A DNA stretch of 64,000 bases, from assembly GCA_965243205.1 (NCBI GenBank), contig CBDEUK010000001.1, positions 1-64,000 on the forward strand, read 5' to 3'. The notes under the pieces were generated by a model. The model worked only from the letters and a program-made list of their open reading frames with translations. It made no database searches and had not been told where the DNA came from. The position numbers and the translations under genes are program-made. Shown here in pieces: positions 12,736 through 21,660 of the stretch. Numbering within the stretch: position 1 is the first letter of the stretch; the number at the start of each line of letters is the position of its first letter. Source of the DNA: Gammaproteobacteria bacterium (lineage in GTDB: Bacteria > Pseudomonadota > Gammaproteobacteria > Eutrophobiales > Eutrophobiaceae).

Positions 12736-14265
12736 TACAACCTCCGATGGGAACTTTAGTTTCTTCGCGGTTAACATATCAGGCCTGAAGTAAATTATTG
12801 CTTTATCAGGCTTTAGTATAACTTCCTTCAGAACTATTTGAAGGAAGTTTCTTATTTTATTCACATTATTAGCTTCTTTAATAACATCAAATAAAAATAC
12901 TGCCATTTGATGAGCTTCTTCATTTGTTAAAGAAATATGCATTGGCTCTTCGTTCTCAAGCCTGTCTATGTTTGAACGAATTTTTACGATCTCTTGTTCG
13001 TTGTCATTCATATTTCTGACAAGCAGTATGCTATCAACCCCTTGTTGGTCTGACTGTAGAATTAAATCCATTAATTTTTTATTTCTAGTTTCTAATGTGT
13101 AAATTTTGGAATTTAACTTATCAATTTTTTCTTGTTGAAGAGCGGTCCAGTTTGCTGATTGGTTATTTAATTCATTAAAAACTTCTTGCATATTTTCTGG
13201 TGAAAATATTCTTTCGGTTACTTTGTTTATTAAAAAATTATCTAATTCTGAAGCCGTCACTCTTCTGTCTTCACAAGTTCCATTTTTTAAGTAGCCGCCA
13301 CAATTATAATAACTATATTTCCCAGACTTACCTGTTTCGATCATCATTGTTTTTCCACAACCATCACACCTAATTAATCCAGTAAAAAGATGGGAGCTAT
13401 GAGCCGAGCCGCATGAAGGTTTAGAAGGTGCAGCCTCGTCCATCATGGTTTGAACACGTATAAAAATATCATCATCGATAATAGCTTCATGTGATTTAAC
13501 TACTACCCATTCATCCTCTGGCTTTGGCCTTCCGGTTTTTTTATCTTTCTTATTAAAAACAATATATCCATTCACAGTTTTATTTCTTAATAACGAAGTA
13601 ATAGAGCATTTCTTCCATGTCTTACCTCTATTTGTTTTCTTTTGATCGTTTAAAATTTTAGCTATAGCTCGGGCTCCTAAACCTTCATAACGCATATTAA
13701 AAATTTCTTCTACTATATGGCGTTCATCCTCATTAACAGCTAACTTCTTTTTCTTTTTGCCAACTTCAACGGTTGCGTAACCAAAAGGAACGCCGCCGCC
13801 ATTATAAAAACCCTCGCGCGCATTACGAATCATTGACCTCATAGTGTCTTTTGATGTTTGCCTGGAATAATACTCATCCATTAATTCACGGAGACCGATA
13901 TTTAAAAATCTTGTGTCTGGATCGCTTCCAGCATCAAAAGATGCATAAACAATTTCAACACCAGCACACTCAAGACGGTGCCTGCATTGAACTGAAAAGC
14001 TTTGAGTTCTTGAAAACCTGCTGGTGGACCAGGTAATAAAATAATCAGGAAAACTTTTTTCGCAGTACTCAATTGCCTCCTCAAATTCAGGTCGATTTTT
14101 ATAAAACGCCGATTGACCGTCCTCCACAAACACGCGCAACACGTCAGCGTTCAAAGCTCTTGCCTTGTCTTTGCATCGTTCTATTTGTGAGTCTATTGGA
14201 AGCTCTTTTTCGGCCTGCTTCTGCGAGCTCACACGAACTTGAATAATCGCGGTCTTTCTAGTCAA
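12694..14265 (-). CDS. Large serine recombinase (integrase); 3' end crosses attL into the tRNA antisense strand
   Basis: VRVSSQKQ catalytic Ser, SRFSR, recombinase domain (PFGY), Zn ribbon LFTGLIRCDGCG..YYNC, coiled coil; TTG start after GAGG. Confidence 0.95.
   Translation of the reverse strand: MTRKTAIIQVRVSSQKQAEKELPIDSQIERCKDKARALNADVLRVFVEDGQSAFYKNRPEFEEAIEYCEKSFPDYFITWSTSRFSRTQSFSVQCRHRLECAGVEIVYASFDAGSDPDTRFLNIGLRELMDEYYSRQTSKDTMRSMIRNAREGFYNGGGVPFGYATVEVGKKKKKLAVNEDERHIVEEIFNMRYEGLGARAIAKILNDQKKTNRGKTWKKCSITSLLRNKTVNGYIVFNKKDKKTGRPKPEDEWVVVKSHEAIIDDDIFIRVQTMMDEAAPSKPSCGSAHSSHLFTGLIRCDGCGKTMMIETGKSGKYSYYNCGGYLKNGTCEDRRVTASELDNFLINKVTERIFSPENMQEVFNELNNQSANWTALQQEKIDKLNSKIYTLETRNKKLMDLILQSDQQGVDSILLVRNMNDNEQEIVKIRSNIDRLENEEPMHISLTNEEAHQMAVFLFDVIKEANNVNKIRNFLQIVLKEVILKPDKAIIYFRPDMLTAKKLKFPSEVVWLPETGSNCRPSD
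12720..12735 (+). repeat. attL core CTGTCTCGGGGAGCCA
   Basis: 15/16 identical to 59109-59124; equals the tRNA 3' end. Confidence 0.88.
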
Positions 14266-14708
14266 AGCCTGCGACCTCGATGCGCGAAAATTTTCGCGCG
14301 ATTTTTTAAAACCAAAACCTGAAGCCTATGTAGATATACAGGTACCCACCTAGGCATGTGAGAATGATTCTTATTACTGCCGAGCCCCCACCCCTTCAAC
14401 AAGCCAAGCATATCCAATGATTCTATGTATTGAACTGCGTAAAACTGAGAACAGAAGGAAGATAACTGGTTGATTCTACTAGTCAGTGATGCAAGTGAAC
14501 TGCGTATTATGTAATTACACGCAGTAAAGATTCTGTACCGTGAACTGTTATTGGCCGTTCTAAAGGAGATTTTCCAGAACCCGTGCAACCATCCCAAAAC
14601 ATCAGCAATACGTACACTATATATAATGTATAAGGGCACTCTATTAGATTTCTGTACCGTTAATGTAAACCGAAGCGCGTCTTTGGATAGGATATTTAGC
14701 ATTTAGTA

Positions 14709-15719
14709 TTACTTCTTGCGGAGTTCTTTGACTAAGTCTGTGACTGGTGTTTGAATCTTGTTGAGTGGATTGCCTTTATCTAAATCCTTTCGAAGCTTAC
14801 GCATGGCCATGTGGTTATATATATTTTGTGACTTAATATCTTGTTGACCCATGATGGTCATACGAACAGTCGGATCTATATCGCTTTCAGTAAGCTCAGT
14901 TCCGAATAGGTGGCGCACTGCATGCGGATGTAGCTGGTCCTCACGAATTCCCGCTGCAAGACCATGCTTTTTAATTATTCTATAAATACCTTTTCTACTT
15001 AAACGTGTGTTATCGCCATAGAATTCACTGGGCGGAATATTCCTGTCATGAGACTTTACAAATAACACCTGGTCGCCGTTAGGTAATAATCGGTTATAGT
15101 CTTCTAGCTCTGTACATCCAAGATATGCACGGACCATAGCCCATACCTCATCCGGTGCAGGTATCAACCTTTCGTTATCGCCTTTCTCATTAACCTTAAT
15201 AATGAGTCGTTCAATATCGTTCTCTTGAATAAAAACTAAACTCGAAACGTTCATATTCACTAGGCCTGATACACGCATACCGCAACCACCAAGAATAGAA
15301 ATAATCGCTGTATCTCTTATAGCCATAAAAGATCCGAGGCCTGGCTGCATTAACAACTTCTCGAAGTTCTTAAGGTGTATCTGGTTACCGACTCGGCGCC
15401 CTGCTTTTGGATGTTCTAAATGCTTAGAAGGATTTGACTTGATAAGCTTTCGTTTAGCCAAGTAGTCGTAAAATTTACGGATACACGAAACAACGATCTT
15501 CCTCGATGAAGGTTGCAAGCCAGCCTTATGCATGTGAATGCCAGTAAAGTACTCCAAGGTTTCATACGTCGCGGCCAGCATTGTTAGTTCTTCGCCCTGA
15601 CAATATGCATCCAACCTTTCAAGGTAGCCGCGGTATTTTCTGCTTGTTTCAATAGACAAACCTTCGCTGGTTTCAATGTAATTGCAGAAATGATTAATTA
15701 ATTTCATCGACTCATCCAT
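14709..15719 (-). CDS. Tyrosine recombinase (XerC/D-like, with core-binding domain)
   Basis: RDTAII..GCGMRVSGL, EKG, HPHAVRH, MGQ, NIY; start at 15719 after GGAG. Confidence 0.9.
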   Translation of the reverse strand: MDESMKLINHFCNYIETSEGLSIETSRKYRGYLERLDAYCQGEELTMLAATYETLEYFTGIHMHKAGLQPSSRKIVVSCIRKFYDYLAKRKLIKSNPSKHLEHPKAGRRVGNQIHLKNFEKLLMQPGLGSFMAIRDTAIISILGGCGMRVSGLVNMNVSSLVFIQENDIERLIIKVNEKGDNERLIPAPDEVWAMVRAYLGCTELEDYNRLLPNGDQVLFVKSHDRNIPPSEFYGDNTRLSRKGIYRIIKKHGLAAGIREDQLHPHAVRHLFGTELTESDIDPTVRMTIMGQQDIKSQNIYNHMAMRKLRKDLDKGNPLNKIQTPVTDLVKELRKK

Positions 15720-15769
15720 GTGAGGTTTCTCCAAAATTCACATCAAAAAAAATGGGACGGGGGTATTTT

Positions 15770-16140
15770 TGTGTCGGATTGTCGGATGGCAATGCAGCAA
15801 CCATGTAAGTGCATGAGTTTAAAGGTAATTGTTCAGAACGAAACATCCGACAAAAACGTTGGAAGATTATTGTTTTTGTTGGAATAAAATTTAACCAGTG
15901 GATAACTCTGTTGGAGTTAATTTCTTTGTATATCCCTATACTCTCTCTCTCTATCTCTTTATTTTTAAAAGAAAAAGAAGGATATAACCATAGTGCAACC
16001 GTAATATCCCTCAGTTGTATATATATATAATGTATGTTGTAGAAAAACAGAGAAATGTTGTAGATTTTTGCAAAAATGTTGGATTGAAAAATGTTTTCAA
16101 TCAAACACTTAACGTCAAAATAGTGGCATATCCAACAAAA
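15770..16140. other. Putative phage replication origin (iterons around an AT-rich core)
   Basis: About 10 TGTYG(G/T)A motifs flanking (CT)n/(TA)n DNA, directly downstream of the primase-helicase gene. Confidence 0.55.
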
Positions 16141-16245
16141 TAAGCTATAGCCTCCGATTCCAAAATGTAAAAAGTGGCTCGATTCGTGCCAATGCGCCCT
16201 GGCTGGTGTGTTTTTTCGGGTTTTCATTTTAAGGGGTCACAGGGG

Positions 16246-18972
16246 TTAAGGAAGAAGTTCTTCGGTAGCCTTTGGTGATGGATCCAGGCCGAACTTCTTT
16301 AGTTTATCTATATCGAGGGCTAACATACGCCCCACACGCGCTTTATTAATGGTCTTCTCTACTTTATCCGTGATAACTACGTTAGCGCTAATCATCTGCT
16401 CTTTTAAGATGCTAGAACTCTTCACTGGAAATGAATTAGCAAAGTCGCGTAAGTGCATATTCGTTTTAATATGATTCATCATATCGGTAGCACGAATAAA
16501 TAAAGCCTGATGCGACACGCCTTCTACTGCATGACTATCCCAAGTGTAATGATGGCGATATCGCCCTGTATCGATCTCTGAAAGGATGACTTCCATTGCC
16601 CAAACCCAAGGCTCACGCTCGGCCTCAGTACTGGCAATGTGGTTATTCATTTCTTTTACTAAACCATCAAAAAAACCGTGCTCAGAAGGGTTTATGTCAG
16701 CGAAATCGCATAGTAACCACCAAGAAGTAAGCACAGCAGCGTAGTTTGTCGTCATCCTACGCGCGCCATCATCGTTATCCTTGGCCATAGATTTATGTAA
16801 CATCTTGCCGCAGCACTGACGGTGCATTTTTAACACACGCTCTTTACTTAACGACGTTAAATACTGCAGCCACTCAAGAACTGGAAAGCACGACAAATTA
16901 TCTGGCAACATATCGCCTTTTTTATTCGATAAATTGGTACGTACCACCTTACCGATCAAACTTTTAACAGGAACATCCTCGCCAGCTAATAACACAGGTG
17001 CGCATAGCAAGAATTCCGTCATTTTTGAGCCACGTTTAGTACTTGTATATTGGTAAGCCTGCTGTAGTGCGCTCACTGCTTCATCAATTCGTTCTTGCTT
17101 TCCTGCTGAAATTTCTTCCCAGCCGACCGGATGCGAAGTGTGACTTAATGTAGTTAATATTCTAAAAGCAGAAAGCATCGATTGTTGGCCAAACACTGTC
17201 ATACCCAACGTGCCTTCGATACGCTTGCACAACGTGGACTTACCGGCGCCCTTATTTGCTTGCATGATGCAATGAGGGTAATAACCTAAGAACGCTTTTA
17301 AATGGCCACCCAAGCCCCAAACTAAAGGAATTAAAGCAGCACAATCTTTAAATGTATCGGCATAAGCTTTAATAACGTTTTTGGCTTGGTATTCTGGTGC
17401 TGAAGGAAAACTGAGTGAAGAGTAAGGGCATTGTTGGTCAGGGTCTGTAAAATAGCTATCCTTGCCTTCATTTACGGTCAATTTCCCATTCAACCACCCT
17501 AATCCAACAAAGTTAATGGCCTCTCGTGCACCTAAATGTGCTCCACGTTCCATGATACTCACTAAACGTGAGAATGCTTTCTTATTCCAAACGCTGCCAA
17601 ACTTGGTCCAATGATCAATGTTATGAAGCTGCTCATCTTCATACACTTTGCGTTTCAAATCGTAACCATGCCTTGGTATCTGCACACTGACAGCAAATAA
17701 TATTCGTGGCATTAAATCAGGCTGACCAGAGAGAACACTGGCAGAGCCCGCTACTTTTACTCGAGATAAACTGGCAATTCGAAAACCGCAGACATCTGCA
17801 TAAGTAAATTTTTCACCACCTTGATCATCTTTATCAACATTAGCAACAAAAGTTGTAAAGTCTTCTTTAACACGATACCGCCAGTACTGGCCCCAATCGA
17901 GCGCAGGCAGAAACACTTTTGCTCTACCCATCATTTGATCAAAATCACCAGGTAAACCTTGGAAGGCCCACGGCTCAATTTTTTTCAAGAGGCTTTTTAA
18001 TTCAACAAGATCTTGATTCTGCAAAATCTCATTAACGTCGTTATATTCCCACTCACCCTGGTCCACCATCATCGCGGAAATATTGTGACCAGTTAATATG
18101 TCATAAAGACTGTAAGCAGCTTCCCTACCTGGTGATCGATTTTTATCATTTGGCTCATCGTTATCAAAACAAATATAAATTTGTTTACCTTGGAACCATC
18201 GCCAATCAATACCATCGAGGCCGCTGGCCATGCGCACAGCAATAGCGGAGGTATAAGGCATCTTGCATGCCTCGATCGATAAAGCATTAATGGAAGACTC
18301 TACAACATAAACCGTTTTAGCTTGCGTTAAGCGCTGCAGATCCATAAACCACGGGTAACCAAACTTATCACCTTTGGTTTGTGTTTTTACATTGCCATTC
18401 AAACTAGGATCTATATATCGGTTATCAACCGCTACTACCTTGCCAGGGTTTAATGTACGAACAATAAATGAAACAGCATTGCCGCCATAACCTACTTCAT
18501 TAGGCTTTACTTTCGGGTTAGTCCATTCATTAAAACCAACTGAGCCACAATTAAGCGCTAGGCGCACGGTTTCTTCAGGAATATTTCTTTCTTCAACTAA
18601 ATAATTAATCGCTTTGTCTTTATATTTTAAACATTGGTCCGCCAACCATTCGATGGTGTCCTTTTGTTTTGGGGTCACAGGGGCGCGTGATTGCTCGATA
18701 CCAAACATATCATGCAGTTGTTTCATTGCTTCTTTAAAATCACAACCCATGACGTACATATAAAGATCAATGCAACTGCCATGCGCATCGTCATCATCAC
18801 CCTGAGAATAATCTCGCCAGTACTTACCATCCTTTTTAATTTCTAAGGACGGGCTTTTGTCATCATGATGAGGGGATTTGTAATTACCTTTGTTGCCAGG
18901 ACGTTCTATACCTAATTGCTCGGCTAAATCATGGCAGTTAATGATTTTTTTTAATTCTTCTGCAGTTGCCAT
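16246..18972 (-). CDS. Primase-helicase (Zn-finger-like + TOPRIM + P-loop)
   Basis: SPHHDDKSPSL..GSCIDL; VYVVESSINALS and CFDND TOPRIM motifs; ANKGAGKST Walker A. Confidence 0.88.
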   Translation of the reverse strand: MATAEELKKIINCHDLAEQLGIERPGNKGNYKSPHHDDKSPSLEIKKDGKYWRDYSQGDDDDAHGSCIDLYMYVMGCDFKEAMKQLHDMFGIEQSRAPVTPKQKDTIEWLADQCLKYKDKAINYLVEERNIPEETVRLALNCGSVGFNEWTNPKVKPNEVGYGGNAVSFIVRTLNPGKVVAVDNRYIDPSLNGNVKTQTKGDKFGYPWFMDLQRLTQAKTVYVVESSINALSIEACKMPYTSAIAVRMASGLDGIDWRWFQGKQIYICFDNDEPNDKNRSPGREAAYSLYDILTGHNISAMMVDQGEWEYNDVNEILQNQDLVELKSLLKKIEPWAFQGLPGDFDQMMGRAKVFLPALDWGQYWRYRVKEDFTTFVANVDKDDQGGEKFTYADVCGFRIASLSRVKVAGSASVLSGQPDLMPRILFAVSVQIPRHGYDLKRKVYEDEQLHNIDHWTKFGSVWNKKAFSRLVSIMERGAHLGAREAINFVGLGWLNGKLTVNEGKDSYFTDPDQQCPYSSLSFPSAPEYQAKNVIKAYADTFKDCAALIPLVWGLGGHLKAFLGYYPHCIMQANKGAGKSTLCKRIEGTLGMTVFGQQSMLSAFRILTTLSHTSHPVGWEEISAGKQERIDEAVSALQQAYQYTSTKRGSKMTEFLLCAPVLLAGEDVPVKSLIGKVVRTNLSNKKGDMLPDNLSCFPVLEWLQYLTSLSKERVLKMHRQCCGKMLHKSMAKDNDDGARRMTTNYAAVLTSWWLLCDFADINPSEHGFFDGLVKEMNNHIASTEAEREPWVWAMEVILSEIDTGRYRHHYTWDSHAVEGVSHQALFIRATDMMNHIKTNMHLRDFANSFPVKSSSILKEQMISANVVITDKVEKTINKARVGRMLALDIDKLKKFGLDPSPKATEELLP

Positions 18973-20090
18973 TATTGAGTACTTTTATTAGTTGCGGTTT
19001 GGTCACCTTCGGTTTGATTTTCGATATGCATAATCGCTCTACCAATTAGCTCTGGTATTTGTGGAACTACTGCATTACCTAACGCTTTCAATCTAGCCAC
19101 CCTTTGGGAAATCCCATCATCTCTGTGACAAAGTGCGGGTTCAGTCGGTAGTTCGATATGTCGGAATCCGTCGAAAAGTTGATCGCATCCTCTAAGGTAT
19201 TCGTCATGGGATTGCGTCCTGTCTTCTCCATTGCCTCCTTGCTTCTCGCCCCCTTGTGATCTCGAGTTGTTGGAGTTGGTAATAACTTCACTGCTGTTGG
19301 TAAGTCGCACTCCTGCCCTTTCAAACTCCTGCCTGAACTTCCCTTGTAATCCCTCGCTTGAGGGGTTGGTAACATCTTTAATGCTGTTATTAATCCGTTT
19401 CCACTTTTCTTGCTTGAGCCCTTCTTGTTGTAGTTGCCGTGTAAGGTTGGCGTAGGTATCAATTGTCGACAAACTTGATCTCTCAAGTTGCTGTGCTTGG
19501 CTCTGCCTGGCCGTGTTTCCGTCATTTCTTTTTCTATGGCCTTGTCTGACTTCGGCGGTAGACTGTCCATCGTATTGGGCGTTGCCAATAATCCAAACTC
19601 TGTCTCGTCTATGGATGGCATTGACGGCACAAGCTGGAATAACAAACGTTTGCCAGGTGTAGTTCGCGTCTTCCAAGTTAGATAACACATTGTCGAGCCC
19701 CATATTGATGTGGCCAGCAACATTCTCGGCAATAACCCATCGAGGTCTGATACTTTTAATAAGTCGATACATTTCCGGCCAGAGATGACGGTCATCTTCT
19801 TGGCCTCTTTGCTTTCCGGCAACACTGAAGGGTTGGCATGGGTATCCCCCGCAAATAAGTCCGATGTCATTGATGCCGTCATTAATTAATTTCTCTTTAG
19901 TAAGCTGTTTAACATCTTCATAAATTGGAACGTTAGGCCAATGCTTTTTAATGATGGATTGCGGATACTTTTCAATTTCACAAAACGCAACTGTTTTAAA
20001 TCCTGCTCGTTCAAGACCAAGACTAAATCCACCAATACCACTAAACAAATCAAGAACATTAATCGCTAACAACCTCAGTTTGAAAAACAT
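18972..20090 (-). CDS. C5 cytosine DNA methyltransferase, alpha frame (motifs I-VIII and X)
   Basis: DLFSGIGG, GGYPCQPFS, ENV, HRRDRVW, LKALGNAVVPQ; motif IX absent from this frame; true start may be a few codons downstream. Confidence 0.9.
   Translation of the reverse strand: MFFKLRLLAINVLDLFSGIGGFSLGLERAGFKTVAFCEIEKYPQSIIKKHWPNVPIYEDVKQLTKEKLINDGINDIGLICGGYPCQPFSVAGKQRGQEDDRHLWPEMYRLIKSIRPRWVIAENVAGHINMGLDNVLSNLEDANYTWQTFVIPACAVNAIHRRDRVWIIGNAQYDGQSTAEVRQGHRKRNDGNTARQSQAQQLERSSLSTIDTYANLTRQLQQEGLKQEKWKRINNSIKDVTNPSSEGLQGKFRQEFERAGVRLTNSSEVITNSNNSRSQGGEKQGGNGEDRTQSHDEYLRGCDQLFDGFRHIELPTEPALCHRDDGISQRVARLKALGNAVVPQIPELIGRAIMHIENQTEGDQTATNKSTQ
19088..19882 (-). CDS. Nested alternative-frame polypeptide of the methyltransferase (TRD-like repeats + motif IX)
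   Basis: 264 open codons nested in the MTase gene; LPTP..RDxKG repeats; RLNPHFVTEMMGFPKGW resembles motif IX. Confidence 0.7.
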   Translation of the reverse strand: MTASMTSDLFAGDTHANPSVLPESKEAKKMTVISGRKCIDLLKVSDLDGLLPRMLLATSIWGSTMCYLTWKTRTTPGKRLLFQLVPSMPSIDETEFGLLATPNTMDSLPPKSDKAIEKEMTETRPGRAKHSNLRDQVCRQLIPTPTLHGNYNKKGSSKKSGNGLITALKMLPTPQARDYKGSSGRSLKGQECDLPTAVKLLPTPTTRDHKGARSKEAMEKTGRNPMTNTLEDAINFSTDSDISNYRLNPHFVTEMMGFPKGWLD

Positions 20091-20352
20091 TAAGACCGTT
20101 TATTAATCTTTCATAATAATGCTCTCGCATTAACAAATGATTTTCACAATCTACTTCCCCGGTTATGTCGTAGTACCTTCCATCAATTAAAGTAATAACA
20201 TGATCGCAATCGTAATAAGCTTCTGCTTGAGGAAAAAATCGTTTCAATATCCAAAAGAAATCTAAGCACTGACCCTTTGTATACTTGTCGATCGCCTCTG
20301 GCACTATCGTCCGTATCTGTTCACAAAATTGTTCTGGTGTTTCGAATGTCAT
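20059..20352 (-). CDS. Phage hypothetical protein (GQC..HV..YYDI pattern)
   Basis: Coupled ORF in the early operon. Confidence 0.6.
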   Translation of the reverse strand: MTFETPEQFCEQIRTIVPEAIDKYTKGQCLDFFWILKRFFPQAEAYYDCDHVITLIDGRYYDITGEVDCENHLLMREHYYERLINGLNVFQTEVVSD

Positions 20353-20540
20353 TTCTTATTTTTAAATCTTTTTGAGTTCAAAAATTCACGTAGTACATCT
20401 TGGCAATTGCCATATCTAAGTTTCATGGCGTAAGCAAACGCTGGATCGTATTGTTTATCTTTAACCCACTGCATGTATTGCTCATCACAGTAATCAACTA
20501 ACTCTTGAATCTGTTTGTGCGTCGTGTAACCTTTTGGCAT
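20349..20540 (-). CDS. Phage hypothetical protein
   Basis: TAATG/ATGA coupling to neighbours. Confidence 0.55.
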   Translation of the reverse strand: MPKGYTTHKQIQELVDYCDEQYMQWVKDKQYDPAFAYAMKLRYGNCQDVLREFLNSKRFKNKK

Positions 20541-21094
20541 TAAGCAATGACACTTAAATGCTTTCTGTCAACGGACTGCATATCAACATGAAATTGAACA
20601 TGCTCATCAATATATTGCTTTGGCCACATTTCTAAATCACCTGCGCGTTCACAATATTCTTGAGCTTCTTCTTTTGTCCATACTCTTGCCTGACGCACAT
20701 CACAAACATATCCACAATTATCAAACTTCCACCAAACCATGCTATTACCGACATAGCCTCTAGTTTTATCGTGGAGGTAGTACAATTCTTCCCTAGTGTG
20801 TTCGATGGCTTTGCCAGGTTCAGCCTTTCTCCAATCAGGCCAATCACGATTCTTATTTTTTTCTAATTTTGCTTTTAACTGCTCTGCAATTTCTTCTGGC
20901 TCAAACCCTGCCCGCCAAGCTCCATCCAAAGCCAACATAACTAAATCGATCCACTCTTCGAGATCGAGAGGTGTTTTCTTTATTTCTTCTAGTTCCTTTT
21001 TTATATGATCAATCAAGCCATCGGTTCTAACTCCTGGACCAAAAGTCTTACAAGAAAACTCTCTTTGTTCTTTTAAATGTTCAATTAAATTCAT
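20540..21094 (-). CDS. DUF550/MazG-like dATP/dGTP pyrophosphohydrolase domain protein
   Basis: FSCKTFGPG..IDHIKKELEEI..LEEWID..DGAWR..KNKNRDWPDWR. Confidence 0.75.
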   Translation of the reverse strand: MNLIEHLKEQREFSCKTFGPGVRTDGLIDHIKKELEEIKKTPLDLEEWIDLVMLALDGAWRAGFEPEEIAEQLKAKLEKNKNRDWPDWRKAEPGKAIEHTREELYYLHDKTRGYVGNSMVWWKFDNCGYVCDVRQARVWTKEEAQEYCERAGDLEMWPKQYIDEHVQFHVDMQSVDRKHLSVIA

Positions 21095-21426
21095 ACAGAC
21101 CCCTTAGAAAAATGATTAAACAAACGTCGAAAAAAATAACGTCTAACAATAGAAACAACCGTAAAAATACAAGTAAAAATAAAAGCTTCTTTCTCGTCTT
21201 TTATGTTAAGAAAATTACTTAAGTACATTGTTAGATACCAAGCGATAACAAAACCAGTTCCTAGATCGGCAACTGTTTCGAGGAATGATTCCAGGCGTGT
21301 CTGAACGCCTTTTGTCACTTTAACTTCATCTTTACAATCATTAGGACAATACCAATTTGCAGAGTGAGCGCTATGCCCTGCAAGACATTCCAACCTTGAT
21401 CCGCAATGATTACAAACTAATTTCAT
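21091..21426 (-). CDS. Phage membrane protein with N-terminal Cys cluster
   Basis: CNHC..CPNDC then two hydrophobic helices ending RRYFFRRLFN. Confidence 0.6.
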   Translation of the reverse strand: MKLVCNHCGSRLECLAGHSAHSANWYCPNDCKDEVKVTKGVQTRLESFLETVADLGTGFVIAWYLTMYLSNFLNIKDEKEAFIFTCIFTVVSIVRRYFFRRLFNHFSKGSV

Positions 21427-21660
21427 TTTTTTTGTTTCCTCTTAATTAAAGCTCTATCTACCTTGTCGATTAAACTGTCGTCACGTTAGCCCTAAAGGTA
21501 TTGATAGAAGCGGTTTATAGGGTCTACACCAAGAAGGATAGCCTCGTGTTATTCAAGTTTAACTAGGCCTCCCCTTCTAATCTGGTACTTGCAATATTGT
21601 TCAAAGCTTGACCTTCTAATAAATATTGCATTTTCCCTTCGAGTAACCGACTTACAGACT

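Noticed and set aside
14360-14660. Possible mini-CRISPR from the 53-57 bp periodicity
   Set aside because: Shared motif is only 6-11 bp and irregular; no cas genes in the window
14262-14702. 146-aa minus-strand ORF
   Set aside because: No recognisable motif or RBS; the region is rich in palindromes and repeats and is better explained as cis-acting DNA
15712-16227. 171-aa and 73-aa ORFs over the origin candidate
   Set aside because: Translate low-complexity (CT)n/(TA)n DNA with implausible composition
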